Positions 14,501-27,601 of a stretch of DNA of 64,000 nt are shown one piece after another. How positions within the stretch are numbered: position 1 is the stretch's first letter; the number at the start of each line of letters is the position of its first letter. The stretch lies in NCBI RefSeq assembly GCF_964355755.1, contig NC_092674.1:5704001-5768000 (forward strand), given 5' to 3'. The position numbers and the translations under genes were made by a program. Under the pieces are notes generated by a model. That model saw only the letters and a program-made list of their open reading frames with translations, was not told where the DNA came from and did not search any database. The stretch comes from Antedon mediterranea (lineage: Eukaryota; Animalia; Echinodermata).

Positions 14501-17500
14501 CCATTACAGATAGAATATTAATCAAATATAAATGATACAATATTAAGTTTGTTATGTTTTTAAAGTTTAATTACGTATTATTAATGATACAATACAGGTG
14601 TGTTTATTGTAAATATTTGTTCAGTAAAGCTTTTGTGATTTTCTATAATTTTCTATAAATTAACTGACAGGAAGAAAAGACTGGAAAGAAACTGTTTCAC
14701 TATACCAACAAATAATTAGACTGGGCAATATTTAATTAATTTTCCACTAACAATTGTCAATTGTTGTATTGTGTATTTTCACAAGCATGGTTGCATCAAA
14801 GTGTATAGTATAGTCATGTTTGTAATATAATAATTATGCTAAAGCTATGAAATTATTCATCCATTTAATATAAGTAATTCTTTTATATAACAATATTTGT
14901 TCATGTAATTAACTGAATCCACTGACTGACTTGTATCCTTGTTTTGTTTATAATATAAACAAACTAATAGGAGTGTCCATAGACAGAATATTTTATACTA
15001 TAAAGAATAGAATATCTTATCCAAGCTTCTATAGACTCCTTGATTTTTTGTCTATAGAACATTATGTCCAAATGTCTATAGAAAACGGAGTTTGAGGTCA
15101 TAGGGAACTGAGAAGTGTGTGTGATTATATATGTATTGAAAATGATTATCGACAAAAGAGTGTTTACAGATTAATTTTCTACTTTCTGGCATTCAAAATT
15201 GAATGATGTGCAGAACTTTTTATGTTCTTTCATTTTTCAGAATTCATAAATTATCTTTTAAATATTTAGTTCTAGACAGAGAACTTAAAAATTTTATCAT
15301 CAAACAGTTTACACGAGAAATAGAAAGAAACACTGTTTGCTCTTCTAATAAACTAATTTTTCATCCCATTTTGAGCTTATGTTATTTTTATGAGTCCAAT
15401 AATTCAAGAATAATGATGTGTCTTGCTCTCAGGAGATTTTGTGATTTCATCTCGCAAAATTTCTAACCTGATGATGAAGCAACGATACATATATTATATA
15501 ATAATCAATGGTAAACATAATACAGCCTGTTAGCAGCTACTTTGTCAATTGTGTATGAATTTAATTTGAGAACTGTATCCAATTGGAATACTGTTATAAT
15601 AGTTACAATTAATAATAATTACGAAATTTTTTTTTTTTCAAATTTGTTATTTTTATCATATTAACTTGAAGCTTTAAAATTCAATAAAATAATTTATATA
15701 ATTTGTGTAGGTATATATATATTTTTAATTAATGCACATGTTATGATTTGTTGTTTTAAACATTTGAGCGTGAAAATATTTTACAGAAACAAACTGAACC
15801 TTCGTAGAGTTCATCTAATGTCCAGCAACACAATATTGTCTAAAAATGATACATTAATTCCTAAAAGATGCTATAAAAAATGACAGTTAAATATCTAATG
15901 AGAAAATAGGTATTAACCGATGTCATAAAGTTCTTTAAATACTTGAAATATGCTTTTATTTTTACTATCTTCCGCTATAACAAAAAGTTTGGGTTTTTTT
16001 TCTTCAAATTAAAATTACGCCACTATATTATACGAGTCATTGTGAACATAATAATTCTGTGGGAAGTGGCTACATATAGGTTAGCTCTACAAGGTCACCC
16101 ATTCAAATCGACGATAATTTGTTCGATAAGCTAGAAACGTTGAAAATAATGTCATAGTAAAGGCATGTTCCATTAAATTTTGCTTTGTTATTTTAAAAAT
16201 ATTTATGAGCTGTACAATTACTATTTATAGAGACTCTTGTAATTAATTATTTGGAATACTTTATTTAAATTTGTAAATCTAGTTCGCTCGAGTCGAGAAT
16301 ATTTCATAAATTTATTCAACTTATTGTATTTAGTACGTTTATTACATACTGTAATTTAAATAGGAATTATGTTTTTAAATAATGCATTTTTCAATTATTT
16401 GAAACTAATTGTAAGGTGTGTTATCGCTAGCTTGCCTTTATAAACCAGGGGGGTCAAATCGTGTTTAATGGCACTATTTTTAAATGGCAAAAACTATTTA
16501 GAGATTTGGGAATGTGTAGTGATTATCGTCTTTTCTAATGACAAAGAGTAGCTAATGTTTTCTAAATGTTTTTGGCCAGTAAATAACAAACAACATATTC
16601 AAAATTGTTTAAGCTTACCGTAAAAATGAATTTTTTGAGTTATTTTTAGTTTTGTTTGAATTTTAAATCTAACATTTTAATGTCCACTACCATCCTAGTT
16701 TGTTACAATTGAATATAGGTTGCAAAAAGAATCATTGTGTAGATAAACCAAGTTTGACTAATTTATAAACCGGTAAATCCACACAATTCTATCCAGCACG
16801 CCAAGCTCTTCAAACAGATTGACGGCATGTCTATAGACTGACAGCTTCGGTTTTAACTAATCAAATCGCGTCTCGGTTTGAAAATACGCTAGGCTTATCC
16901 TTAGCTTGCCCTTTGCCAACACGATAAAAACTTGGTGTTTTATAGATAGCAGTGGATAATACTTAAAATACATTAGAAATATACTGACTCGCTATAAATA
17001 ATTTAAAACTGTAATTCATTTTACAATGTTAGATATAAATAGAAGTTTCAATTTAAAAATTCCGCCTTGATATGCCTACGCATTGCTTTTTGGACTTTTC
17101 ATTCAGTATGATAGTGGACTAGATTTAATGTGTTTTTTAGACTTATAATACTTATATATAAAGCCTAAAAGAGTATTATATAAATACAAAAATCCTATGG
17201 ATCTAGGGTTTTATATGGAATTTTATAAATCCATGTTAGTTAGTGATGCTCGTTTCAAGACGGACTTTAAATAGACAAGAAAAAAGGCATCTTTTATGTT
17301 TTCATCTGTACAACAATATGGAGATATTATTTTATTCTGTCCACCATTTAATATCATCCATTTTGTTCAAAGAAGAAGAACATATGTTAATGATAATGCT
17401 TAATTAATCTACATTCATGGTCTCCTGAATTTATTTTTAATTAACTCCTGGGTGAAAGACCTTACATTCTTTTATTCAAGATATGATTCTAAATGGGGCC

Positions 17501-17614
17501 AGGGTAAAATGTCAGGATTCTCACCAGAGTATTAATTGACCTTTCTTGATCATTACCCTTTCACCCTTGACCTAATGAAACAATGTAACAATTATAATAG
17601 TAAAGGAACTCCTG

Positions 17615-17930
17615 GAGCACTGTGGTGCAGTGGTTAGAGCATTGGACTTGCAATTAATAGGTTGCCGGTTCAAGCCCCGGCCCGGTCACTGCAGTGTTGG
17701 GTCCTTGAGCAAGGTTCTTTATCCACATTGTTCCTCCCCACCCAGGTGATAGAAATGGGTACCGGTATGTAAAAAGTACTGGGAAGGTAAATCAGACTCG
17801 TTTGTGCGGGGGGAGTGGCGTACCCCCCACAAACATACACACTTAGTGGAGTCTGGCCCAAATGCTAAAGAAATGGAGATGGGCACCACGGCCATAAGCA
17901 TTAGCTTAGGTTTCGACTTTACCTTTACCT
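17615..17930 (+). mobile_element. Full-length tRNA-derived SINE with CORE-like domain and (TTTACC) tail
   Basis: A box tggtgcagtgg and B box ggttcaagcc; CORE-like gtccttgagcaagg...ccacccaggtg..aaatgggtacc; tail tttacctttacct; TSD actcctg at 17608-17614 and 17931-17937. Confidence 0.9.
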
Positions 17931-17980
17931 ACTCCTGAACTGAATGTGAACCTCACTCTTTTAAAATTCTAATAACATAG

Positions 17981-18111
17981 ATCCCTTGAAATCTTTATTC
18001 AAGGGACACCCATATTAAGGGGCACTTTTTAGCAACATGAATAAGGGGCTAACCCCTATTAAGGGACACTTAGTTGTGCCCAAAGGTGTCCTCTTAATCG
18101 GAGTTCTACTG
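17981..18111. mobile_element. pogo/Tigger-like (Tc1/mariner superfamily) MITE, partial
   Basis: Repeated (t)aagggacac / gtgtcc.cttaa motifs and terminus gagttctactg followed by TA. Confidence 0.65.
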
Positions 18112-20132
18112 TAAAAGGTGAAATTCTTTATTGAAGCATATGGCCTACTATTCTTTAAAGACTCTATGCCTTAAGATGAAATGTCTCTATTTCTCCTAAT
18201 GCGATTATAATGCATCGATTTTTCCATGCATTTGATTCCAATTTTCATACAGCTAATATGTAACCCAAGATATAATTCTTAAGATTTTCTAATGATCACT
18301 TTGTAACTGGATATTGTAGCTAAATTATATTATAGCTCTGTGGTAAGTTAGGGATAATTATATGGCCTAATATTTTGAATATTACGGTTAAACAAAAGCT
18401 TTTATAGGCCTTTGTAATTGACCTATTTATTGCATCATGGAGAAATATGAGTATAAGTAAAGGAGGGATAATTTTGTTCTAACAAATGATTTATGAGTTA
18501 TACATGAGTTTTACAATTACAGTAGGCCTACAAACTATTGTTTTGTATTAATAATATGTGGCGAATAATATGTAATAAGTAATACAGTGTTAATCCTAAT
18601 TTCTTTTTGATTTATTTTAATTTATAGTTTTGATTTAGCTTTTTGCTTATTTTATTTCGCCATTGCGATCCAGCCACTGATACCCAGAGCATTTTAATTC
18701 TTTTTTTCTCAAATAATTTTGATGGCTTTATTGTCAACAAATTATATAGGCCTACAGAGTGTGTTATAGATTGGCTATTGATTTTTTTCTAATTTCCGAT
18801 TAGAAACTTGATCTTTAATAAAAATGCTAAATATGCTTCTTTGCACTTCAGCCTAAATTCAAAGGTTGCTCTTTCTGTGCTTGATAAAATATAGTTGAGC
18901 GCAGACTAATAAACCTATGTTCTAAAATAATAATCAAATGAATTATGTATAAAGTTATGAATAGGATTATAAATTAAGGGAGAGAATTGTTTTGAGTCGC
19001 CGCACCATCTGGCTAGAAAGAATTTCTTTAAGATAGCAAAATATAATATCCCAGAGTGCATCAGTAGTCAGTAATTAATTATTGAAATATTTTGCAAGTT
19101 TTATTTTTGGACGGGGAGCTGTATTTGTGTTATGTCAGTGCAAGTAAGATTTAAATGTGATATAATGTGTATTGTTCAAGTTGATGGTATCTAACAACCC
19201 TACAGGAGTTTCCCATCATATTTCAGGGGTGTTAGTGGGAATACGTGCTGTTGCTCGTGGACTGTCCCGCTGATTTTGTTCTATTATCGTAAAAAAATAA
19301 CTAAAGCGGTGTGTTGTGATTCCATCACTATCATGTTTAGCCAGCTGGCATCCTAATTAGATCACATCTGTCCTGAGGACATAGTAACATGGATTCTCAT
19401 ACATAGAGGGCAGTAGATCAGGTTAATAATTAATTGATAACATCAATATAGTATTTAATGAGTGGCTTAATTAGGTGTAAATTCTTTGAAGAAAGTTGAG
19501 TTATTCTGGTGACAATGGTTGGCCATGATACAACACATTGTCAAAGTTAAGCCTTGTCTGTCAATTGCAATTCAAAAGATTGTATAGTATCATTTAACTA
19601 TTCTACTTCCATGGTTTAACAAAACATACTTGTCCGTATGTTCATTCAATATGATCACTTCCTTTCCTTAAAATAAAATGACAGAACTTCATCCCTAAAA
19701 TAATTGATTTAGTCACAATGACCATGTTATTTTTTGCATTCATACACATTGTGGATAAATAACTTTATGCACCATAATATTGCACACTAATGTAAATGAT
19801 ATTTTTAGTTGTACTTTTTGATGAGCAAAGTACAGTACACCATTACACATTGTGTATTTATAGTAAAGTAATAATATGATATGATTAAAATTAATTTAAA
19901 GCAAATTGAATCAAATTATTTTATTAGATTTCTCACTTGATTACAGATGAATAATGTTAAAAATGATATTCATCTACAGGATAGGCCTACATGGTTCAAT
20001 AGGCTAACATTGTAAATCAATTATTTCTAAATTTGGTTTTTTATTTATATCTGGCTATCCTTTATGTTTGACTTTATTTCATACTTCGTAATTAACAAGA
20101 GGAATTACACCCTAGAAAATCTTCAACCTTAA

Positions 20133-20321
20133 AGGGGAACTCCAGGTTTAAAATTTAATGTTTAACTTTTTCATTAGTGATCAGGTTTTCTTATAGAGCA
20201 TATTATTAGCAAGAACATTAAAATAAAACGTGGACTTTACATAGTGTTTAAAAGGAGTTCAATTATAAAAATGCATGCAAAAGTTGATCATTTATAGAAA
20301 TCTGAACCCTGGAATTTTCCT
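20133..20321. mobile_element. TTAA-flanked MITE (Kolobok-like termini)
   Basis: ttaa|aggggaactccagg ... cctggaattttcct|ttaa: TTAA on both sides and AG..CT termini. Confidence 0.75.
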
Positions 20322-20516
20322 TTAAGTGTTCTTCAGTTCTCATTTAGTTAGAGACATTATTTACATTACATTTTGGTTCCTGTCTTTGGTGATTTAGCAA
20401 GAGGAATTACACCCCAGAAATCTTTCACCTTTCAACTTATTTCAACTTATTTTAGTAGGCATTGTTGTCTGCAAATCAAGCAGCTAAGCAAATTCATCCA
20501 ACCTGCAACCCTATAT

Positions 20517-20645
20517 GTAATCAATGTTTTCTAGCAAGTTAGGTCTTCATTTCATAATCAATGTTTTGTAGAAAGTTAGGTATTCATTTGTAATCAATGT
20601 TTTCTAGCAAGTTACTGTATAGGTAGTCATGTGTAGCCAATGTGT
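20517..20645. repeat. Minisatellite, ~36-bp unit, 3 copies plus a decayed fourth
   Basis: Unit taatcaatgtttt(c/g)tag(c/a)aagttaggt.ttcattt repeated in tandem. Confidence 0.85.
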
Positions 20646-20857
20646 TGGGTATTCCTTGTTCTCATTGATTATTAAAGAAGTCAATTTGGAACACCGATAT
20701 TCTACTTTGCGATATTGATTTTAATTGCATACATGATACTACTTATGTGTTTCTTTTACTGAATGTGATTTGAATATAAACTCTTTCTAAAAACAGGGAA
20801 ATGTTACGACTTCAAAATGTATATACCGGTAGATCCAAGTTATGTAAAGGTAGGTTA

Positions 20858-20953
20858 AGCTTGGTTCCCACTTAATGCAAGTGAGTTGACCAGTTCAGAT
20901 GATCAATCGCATCGTACTTGTGGCGTGCTTCTTGAGTTGCATCCAACTGAGAA
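20858..20953. mobile_element. Possible decayed MITE
   Basis: ttaagcttggttcccacttaatgcaa is partly mirrored by ttgcatccaactgagaa; locally GC-richer than flanks. Confidence 0.3.
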
Positions 20954-21669
20954 GAATGAATGAAGAATTAAGAATGTTTAAAATCGGATTTGATGCCATT
21001 AAAAATATTGTATAAATTCAATTCAAACAGATTTGTGACTTGGCATAAAAGACAGAAATATTTAAATCAGATATCATTGTGTATGTTTCCTGTGTTTGTA
21101 CTTTGTAGAATATTTTTGCCTAATACTATGAAAAATATTTCTTCCAACTGTAAATAACTAACAACAGGAGTTCTGCTTTGGGACAGTACACTTGTTATTG
21201 TAGACAGTCTTTTATATTGTTTATGAAATTCAATTAGAGAAAATTTTCAAAAGTGTAGGAAAAACATCATTATATTTTCTTAACAAAGTTATTTAAGCAT
21301 TAAATTGTACCTAAGGCAATTTATGGCCTAGAAAGTCGGTAGAAATCAATCCTCGGAATCCTTTTAAGTCTTATTGAAATTATACGCTGTATAATTCTCA
21401 AATGAATTTTAATCTAAATATTGGTTTTCTGCTTTTGTGGTAAATTATTGGTTAATAAAGTGCTACGATTGAAAGGTGTAAAGAGTTCTTTGTGGTTTAA
21501 GGATTAAGGTAACCAACTGCAATTGTCAAAAGGGATTAATTATGGATTATGAACAGATTATCAATAACAAGGAAATATTTCATGCTTGACCTTTTCAAAC
21601 CATGTCATGATTATGGATGTTCCACCATGTAGGTTGTCAGAGAGAGGGTACCTCAATGTTGGCAGTGCT

Positions 21670-21730
21670 TTGGGTAGGTGGTTGAAATGCTCGATTACCA
21701 AACCCTGCAGGATACTAGGTTCAAACCCTT
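21670..21730 (+). mobile_element. Decayed tRNA-derived SINE head
   Basis: ggtggttgaaatgct...ttaccaa...ggttcaaacc, similar to the 3507-3575 copy. Confidence 0.5.
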
Positions 21731-21731
21731 A

Positions 21732-21817
21732 GATGTGCCCATTATGGAGATGATGACATCATATCACTACAATATTTGAGTATATCACTACTATATATGG
21801 GCACACTTTTTTTTGTC
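21732..21817 (-). mobile_element. MITE family A, copy 2 (internal fragment)
   Basis: gatgtgccca..atatcactac x2..gggcaca..ttttgtca; termini lost. Confidence 0.8.
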
Positions 21818-22493
21818 ATGGGCTTCCAATCTTCTAAAAAGTGAAACAAGAAAATATAGTAGAAGTATGCAATTTAGGGGGTTTTTTTAGAAAAAAAAAA
21901 TTGTATTATAACTACAGATTGATGATATTAAATGTGTTTCATTTTATTCACCTTTGATGTCTGATTTAATTTCTGATGTAATATAAGATAAGATAATTTA
22001 GCATCATCGACTTATACAATTAAGAACTTAATATGAAGTCATTAACCTAATAATCGTTTATTTAATCTCAACGAGGTCAGTTTTATAAAGATGGCTTACT
22101 GTATGTGTGAAACTATACTGTATACGTTTTTAAGATATTCCTAAAATAATAACAGATTTGCTTTTATTCCTGTTTTTTTGTAAGTACGATTCGTGCAAAT
22201 GTGAAAAATTTCATTAAAAAAGAAGGTGTTAACTAACATAGTATAAAACCTGTTTTGAAATAATATAAGTAAGAGTACTACATCATTCATTATTCACACT
22301 GTTGTGAAAGTTGAAAGAAAATGTTAGTAAGTTCCGCGCTTTGAAAGGTCCCAGTTGCATCATCAGTAGGCCATTAGTATGGCTGTCTCATCACATGAAA
22401 ATGCGTGCCATAATGCTGTGATCAAGTGACTCAACTGCAGCATTTAATGTGTGTTCACTGCCCGAAACCAATCTAGATTGCAGGTTTCACTTA

Positions 22494-22634
22494 AGCTCTG
22501 TCTACACTATCAAACTGGTTTGACAAAAGAAGTGTGATGTGCCCAAATATGGTACTGGTAGTGATATATACCAAAATATGGTAGTGATATGACATCATGT
22601 CAATATATGGGCACATCACATTTTAGACAGAGCT
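22494..22634 (+). mobile_element. MITE family A, copy 3
   Basis: tta|agctctgtctacactatcaaact ... tagacagagct|tta, with 3-bp TTA TSD. Confidence 0.92.
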
Positions 22635-22704
22635 TTATTTAGCTATTAATGTGAATAAACCATTGTGTATACACCAGACTTTAAAGAGTAACCATGATGT
22701 CATA

Positions 22705-23058
22705 TTTTATTTATTCGACTTCTCACTAACTAACTTAGTGAAGGATCTGGACCAACAGGTGGTAAACACCTCTAAAACGGTCCAGTCCCAATTTGCACAG
22801 TGGCTGTGTGTGACAGTGGCTGTGTTTGTGTGGACTAGTACACCGGGGTAACCCTCTACTCGTCTCGAAAGATGTACTAGGTTCTTTAAAGTGCGCATGA
22901 GCTATGTGTACACTGGACCTACGGTTTATAGTCCTTATCCGAGAAGATTCGTTCTACCACCAGAACCATGGTGCGAGTGAGCCTCGAACCCTTGCAGATG
23001 TTATGGCTACGTAATTACGGTTCCACTGTCTTAACCGCTCGGCCACTCACTCGCTCGC
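22705..23058 (-). mobile_element. tRNA-derived SINE with Deu/Nin-like central domain
   Basis: Minus strand has A box tggccgagcgg and B box ggttcgag, then tcggataaggactataaaccgtaggtcc..taaagaacc..gagtagagggttaccccggtgt, which resembles the DeuSINE/AmnSINE1 domain as I recall it. Ends in an A-rich aataaataaaata tail. Confidence 0.85.
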
Positions 23059-23148
23059 TATATCACAACCATATTTGGGCATATCACTACCAAATTTGGG
23101 CACATCAGACTATTTTTGTCAAACTAGTTTGATAGTGTCGACAGAGCT
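23059..23148 (-). mobile_element. MITE family A, copy 4 (half element abutting the SINE)
   Basis: atatcactacca..gggcacatca..gtcaaactagtttgatagtgtcgacagagct. Confidence 0.88.
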
Positions 23149-26100
23149 TCCATTATTAGGCTTTGTTTAAAAATGTAATGGATTATTAATATAGCAGTGG
23201 TCATCTTTTTACATTTAATATTCCAAGGTGGTTCCAAGATTTTCTAATCGTTACCATTTAGTTAAATTAAAGTTTATCTCTTTCTGTTAAATTTAAATAA
23301 ATATTTGTTTGATGGCAGCAGTTTTTAATCATTTTTTAATTGTATAATTGATGTCGATTAATGGTACTAATACTTTTGCGACGTTTTGAGTGGAGTCGTC
23401 ATTAATACCGTCCTTCTTCACCGATACGTGGCGACAGATTTGATATATTATTCATTCGTTAATGACAGAATGATTTAATGAAGTCTTTTAACTTTCCATT
23501 TCCAAGTTTTTCTCTCTTATAAATCACAGGTTGTACTATATGAAGGGTATATAAAAGTAGTTAGTTGGTTTTTAGTTCTGTTTGGATATCAATGTTGCGG
23601 CCACCAGTTCTATATATATATATGTATATATGACCTTATACTTGCTGAATTGGTTTTTTCTTCTGAATATACTGTAGCTAGAAAAAAAGTTTTGAATTGT
23701 GAGTGAATAATTTTTTGTACTAAATATATTTTGATTTTTTATTGTTAATTTTTGTGTAGTCTAGTTCTATAGAGAAGGGTGTAAAGTTTCATAGTGAAGA
23801 ACGTGGAATTGGGATACTTTTGCAACCCTCATGCAAATATATTGTTTTTCCTCCTCATTTTTCAAATGCACAATAGTTTGAATAGTATTAGAATTAATTA
23901 TGTGACAAGGTGCTTGTTTTCTTGACCATCTAGTCCATATAGCAGTACTGCTCTAGTAGTATAACTATTAGCATACTTAATACATAGATCATTACTTTTT
24001 CATGGTTGATTTAGTAAAACAGCTTTTCTCATGGTTTTAATGTACTAAATATACACATAATAGCATGTTAACCCTTGGGATTTGCTAGGCTTCATTTTAA
24101 AGTCTTAACGTGCTCTAAAAACTTGTTTACGAACTTGAAACAGACCAACTGGCATATTTATAATAACCTAAGGGGGCGCCATTGTAATAGTTGAAATCAT
24201 GCGTAAAATTAGGCTGCGGTAAAAATTGCTCTGAAGTGGTAAGATAGTATACTAGATAAGGAAACTATTTTTGCATCCTCTTGTTTAAAAACAAACCTCT
24301 TTTTGTTTATCGTTGAGGTTTATTTTATTAGGCGGTCTGTTATTTCTTCATGGGTTAGGCCTACCAGATGGTGGTGCCTTATTAGAAAAAATCTCTTCTT
24401 CTGCTTTCATTCATAATCATTTGTGACTTACTGTTTGGAAGAATCTTTGGAAGATTTTAGAATCTTTAAATTTTATTTTTGTAAATTTATTTCTTTATGT
24501 ATAAAAACATAATGGATATTAAAGATTGAATATTTTAAAAATTCAGGAAGCATGGATAAATACATGTAACAATATATAACAAGTAATTTATTTGTTTTGT
24601 AAATTATAGATGTCTTTTAAATTTAACAAAAAAGTTGGAATTTAATTTTTAAAGTCAATAGTTTTAAATAGAGACTAGCACAACATGATTTTTTATTTGA
24701 TTGTGCTGCCAGGAGTGTGGCATTTCAAATCAAGGAAGTCAACGAAATCTATTTTATTTGAATTAAACTGTTATCGACGTCTGTGACCATACGATAAATT
24801 ACAAGTAACATATTAAACTGCCTGTTATTATTTGAGTGACTTTGAAATTGTGGAGACATACAGCCGACTGGATGATATAAATTACTCATGTATACTTGAT
24901 TGCAAAGATTGAAATATATATTTTTGATATTGTTTATCAGTATTAATTCTCAAAATTTATAAAAAAAATAAAAACTTTAAATTTAAGGAAATAATTATTA
25001 TTTATGATGAATTGAATTAAATCATATTTGTTTATTGCCATGCTAACTTTGATGGCTAGCAGTCTTTGCCAATTGTACCACTGGACTAGTTAGCTATAGA
25101 TTGTTGATGCTGGAAACTGCTGCCAGTTTTCACTAGCCCAAAGAAATATAAATTAGCTAGTTACTAGACATTTTGTGCACTGGGTGTGTTTAGTAGGTGG
25201 TTTTTGTACAGAATATTATTTCAATGCATGTTCTAATTTTTCAAAAAAACATTCCTAATAGAAGAATAGAACATCAATCATTATTGATTTGACTCCTTTA
25301 ATGTATGAATAATCTTAAGCGCTTATCCGAAAATAGAAATAAATAATTATTGAATTGCAGTCCTAACTCTTTACCTGAACCCCGACTTTACAATGTCTAC
25401 TTACAAATTTGAGCTCAAATCATTTTAAACTTTAATACAATTGTACAAGACAAACATGTTGAACACAATATTTGCTTCTTGAGTTGGTTCATACATTCTC
25501 ACTTCAGTGATTTTATTTCCTTTTTGAATTAAGTAAAATTCTCAAACGTTTTACACTCCAGCTTTTAACATGGTAATGTTTCCTAGAGGTGTAATTTGTC
25601 ACAGGAGATGGGCCAGAGGGGGTACAGGAAATAATGATGACATGGTGCCCCCACTAGCTTGTCCCCTTTAGCCGTGTTCTTTTAAAATGCGTCAATTCCT
25701 AATGAACTAGGAAATTAATGTTTTAATATCGATATGGTCGGCCTACTGTGCAAGGTTAATGTGTAAATTTAGTCACTTCTGGTGTTGTTATACCTGTGTA
25801 TGGTTATTTCTACAAGGATTTCATAAATTAAATCCGATAGTTAATAAAAAGCAAAATGCAATGAGACTACAGTACTAATGATAAAGCCAGATGAACCAAA
25901 ACTGCATGACTTTGCTAACATACAAATAAAATTTCTACCAATCATGATCATTATGTCATCCTTTGGTGAATGGAACCTCTTTCAAGAATGTTTCTATTGT
26001 ATTTATATGTATTATTTATTGATATCTTCTTCTCTACCTTCCTTTTTTGTCTTCCTCGTCTTCTTCCTGTTCTGTGGCCCACCTGTTGTTATTCTTGTGA

Positions 26101-27305
26101 TGTACGTGAAGTTGATTATAGTACCTGTGATGTGATAGAGGCGGAGATGGGCTTTATTCAAAGTCTTCCACTCATCTTAACCCTTTGATACTCGTTGCTG
26201 GTCTTTAATTTGAAGGATCTGCAGAGGGCTGGAAAGGCAATAACTAGGTCTAAACTATACATTACTTCCTTAAAATCAGTAAAAGAACATGAAGTGAACT
26301 TTGGTTTATATTATAATGAAAAAGAGACTTATTGTGTTTTCATTAAAATAAAACCTTTTGAATTGTATGTAGTCTCATTATTGTAGCATACAGTACAAAC
26401 AATTGATGCAATACCCTTTTACAAGTGCACTCAACTTGATTGTTGAAACTAACGAAAAATGTCGTAATTTAGTAACCTTGAATTATTCTTTTGTATTTGT
26501 AAAGTTAAATAGTTTTTATTATATCTTATACAATATATAGCAATTAAGTTGAATTCAGTAGAAACATAACTTTTTTTGGTTTTACGAAATCTTTTTATCA
26601 CAGGGATCATTCGGTCTATTTATCTGTTATACTTTAAAGAATTGCAATTCCATTTATTAGAATAACTAAATGCCTTGAAGATTATTTCTTCTATTTTCTA
26701 AACAATAATTTATTGTAAAAATACTATAATAGAGAATAGAAAGTGCACCTTTGACAAAGACTAAAGTGAATTTTCCAAATGACTGGCTCTATTCTCCTAA
26801 AGGTTGGTATGGCTCCATGCCTGTATAAAGAGATACCCTGGGGCAAATCTAGCTAGCCTAACTTTACAGAAGGCTGAAGAAATTTGCAATAGAGTCATTC
26901 TGTGTTATGGTTAGAGTAGAGACAGTTGTGGAAAAGGTACCTGAAGGCCTAAGCTACTAATCCCTTAAAGTACACAAACTTTCAGATGCTTTCAATCGCT
27001 AAGCTGTGTGTACACAACACATTTCTTTTGTGGAAAGGAAGTTTGATCAACAGCTTCTTGTGAAACAGTTGCATAGCAGTGCTGCAGTTCAATATTTTCT
27101 TCAGTCATTGTGTTTGTTGAGCTCTCCTGATAAACATTCTGTCTTGCAGTAATTCTACTTTATGGATATATATTTAAAACTGTAGTTTTCGAGTAACAGG
27201 TGTAAGGTACACCATTTGGGCTGTCGTAGAATAAGGTATGCTATTCACTTCTCATAAACAAAGGTTTTAGTTTTATACATATTTGCAGAACCTTCGAAGA
27301 CTTAA

Positions 27306-27601
27306 GGTTTGATGAAAAAAAATTACTACAGCATGCATATAACAAACTCGTATGTCCTCTATAACATTTCTGTTATAGAGGACATACTGTAGGAGTTTTT
27401 TCTTTTTAAATTATATTGATGTGTTGGTAATTTCATGGAAATAATTTGTCTTTGTGTCTGATCAACACTAGAAAAATTACCTTTTAAAACTTCCATTCTG
27501 CTAGCTGACAAGCAGACCTTTTTAGCTTTTTTTTTGGATATTGCAAGCTCAGTTTATTTTGCTTTGCTTTTGTGTGTTTTAGTTTTTTTTCTCATCAAAC
27601 C
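27306..27601. mobile_element. TTAA-flanked MITE with internal perfect hairpin
   Basis: ttaa|ggtttgatgaaaaaaaa ... ttttctcatcaaacc|ttaa; internal 17-bp perfect inverted repeat at 27350-27387. Confidence 0.75.

Noticed and set aside
17615-17690. tRNA gene
   Set aside because: A/B boxes are present, but the acceptor stem does not pair well and the sequence continues into a SINE body with tail and TSD.
22969-23054. Functional tRNA gene with CCA
   Set aside because: Anticodon and T arms are irregular and the head is fused to a Deu-like SINE body, so it is reported as a SINE.
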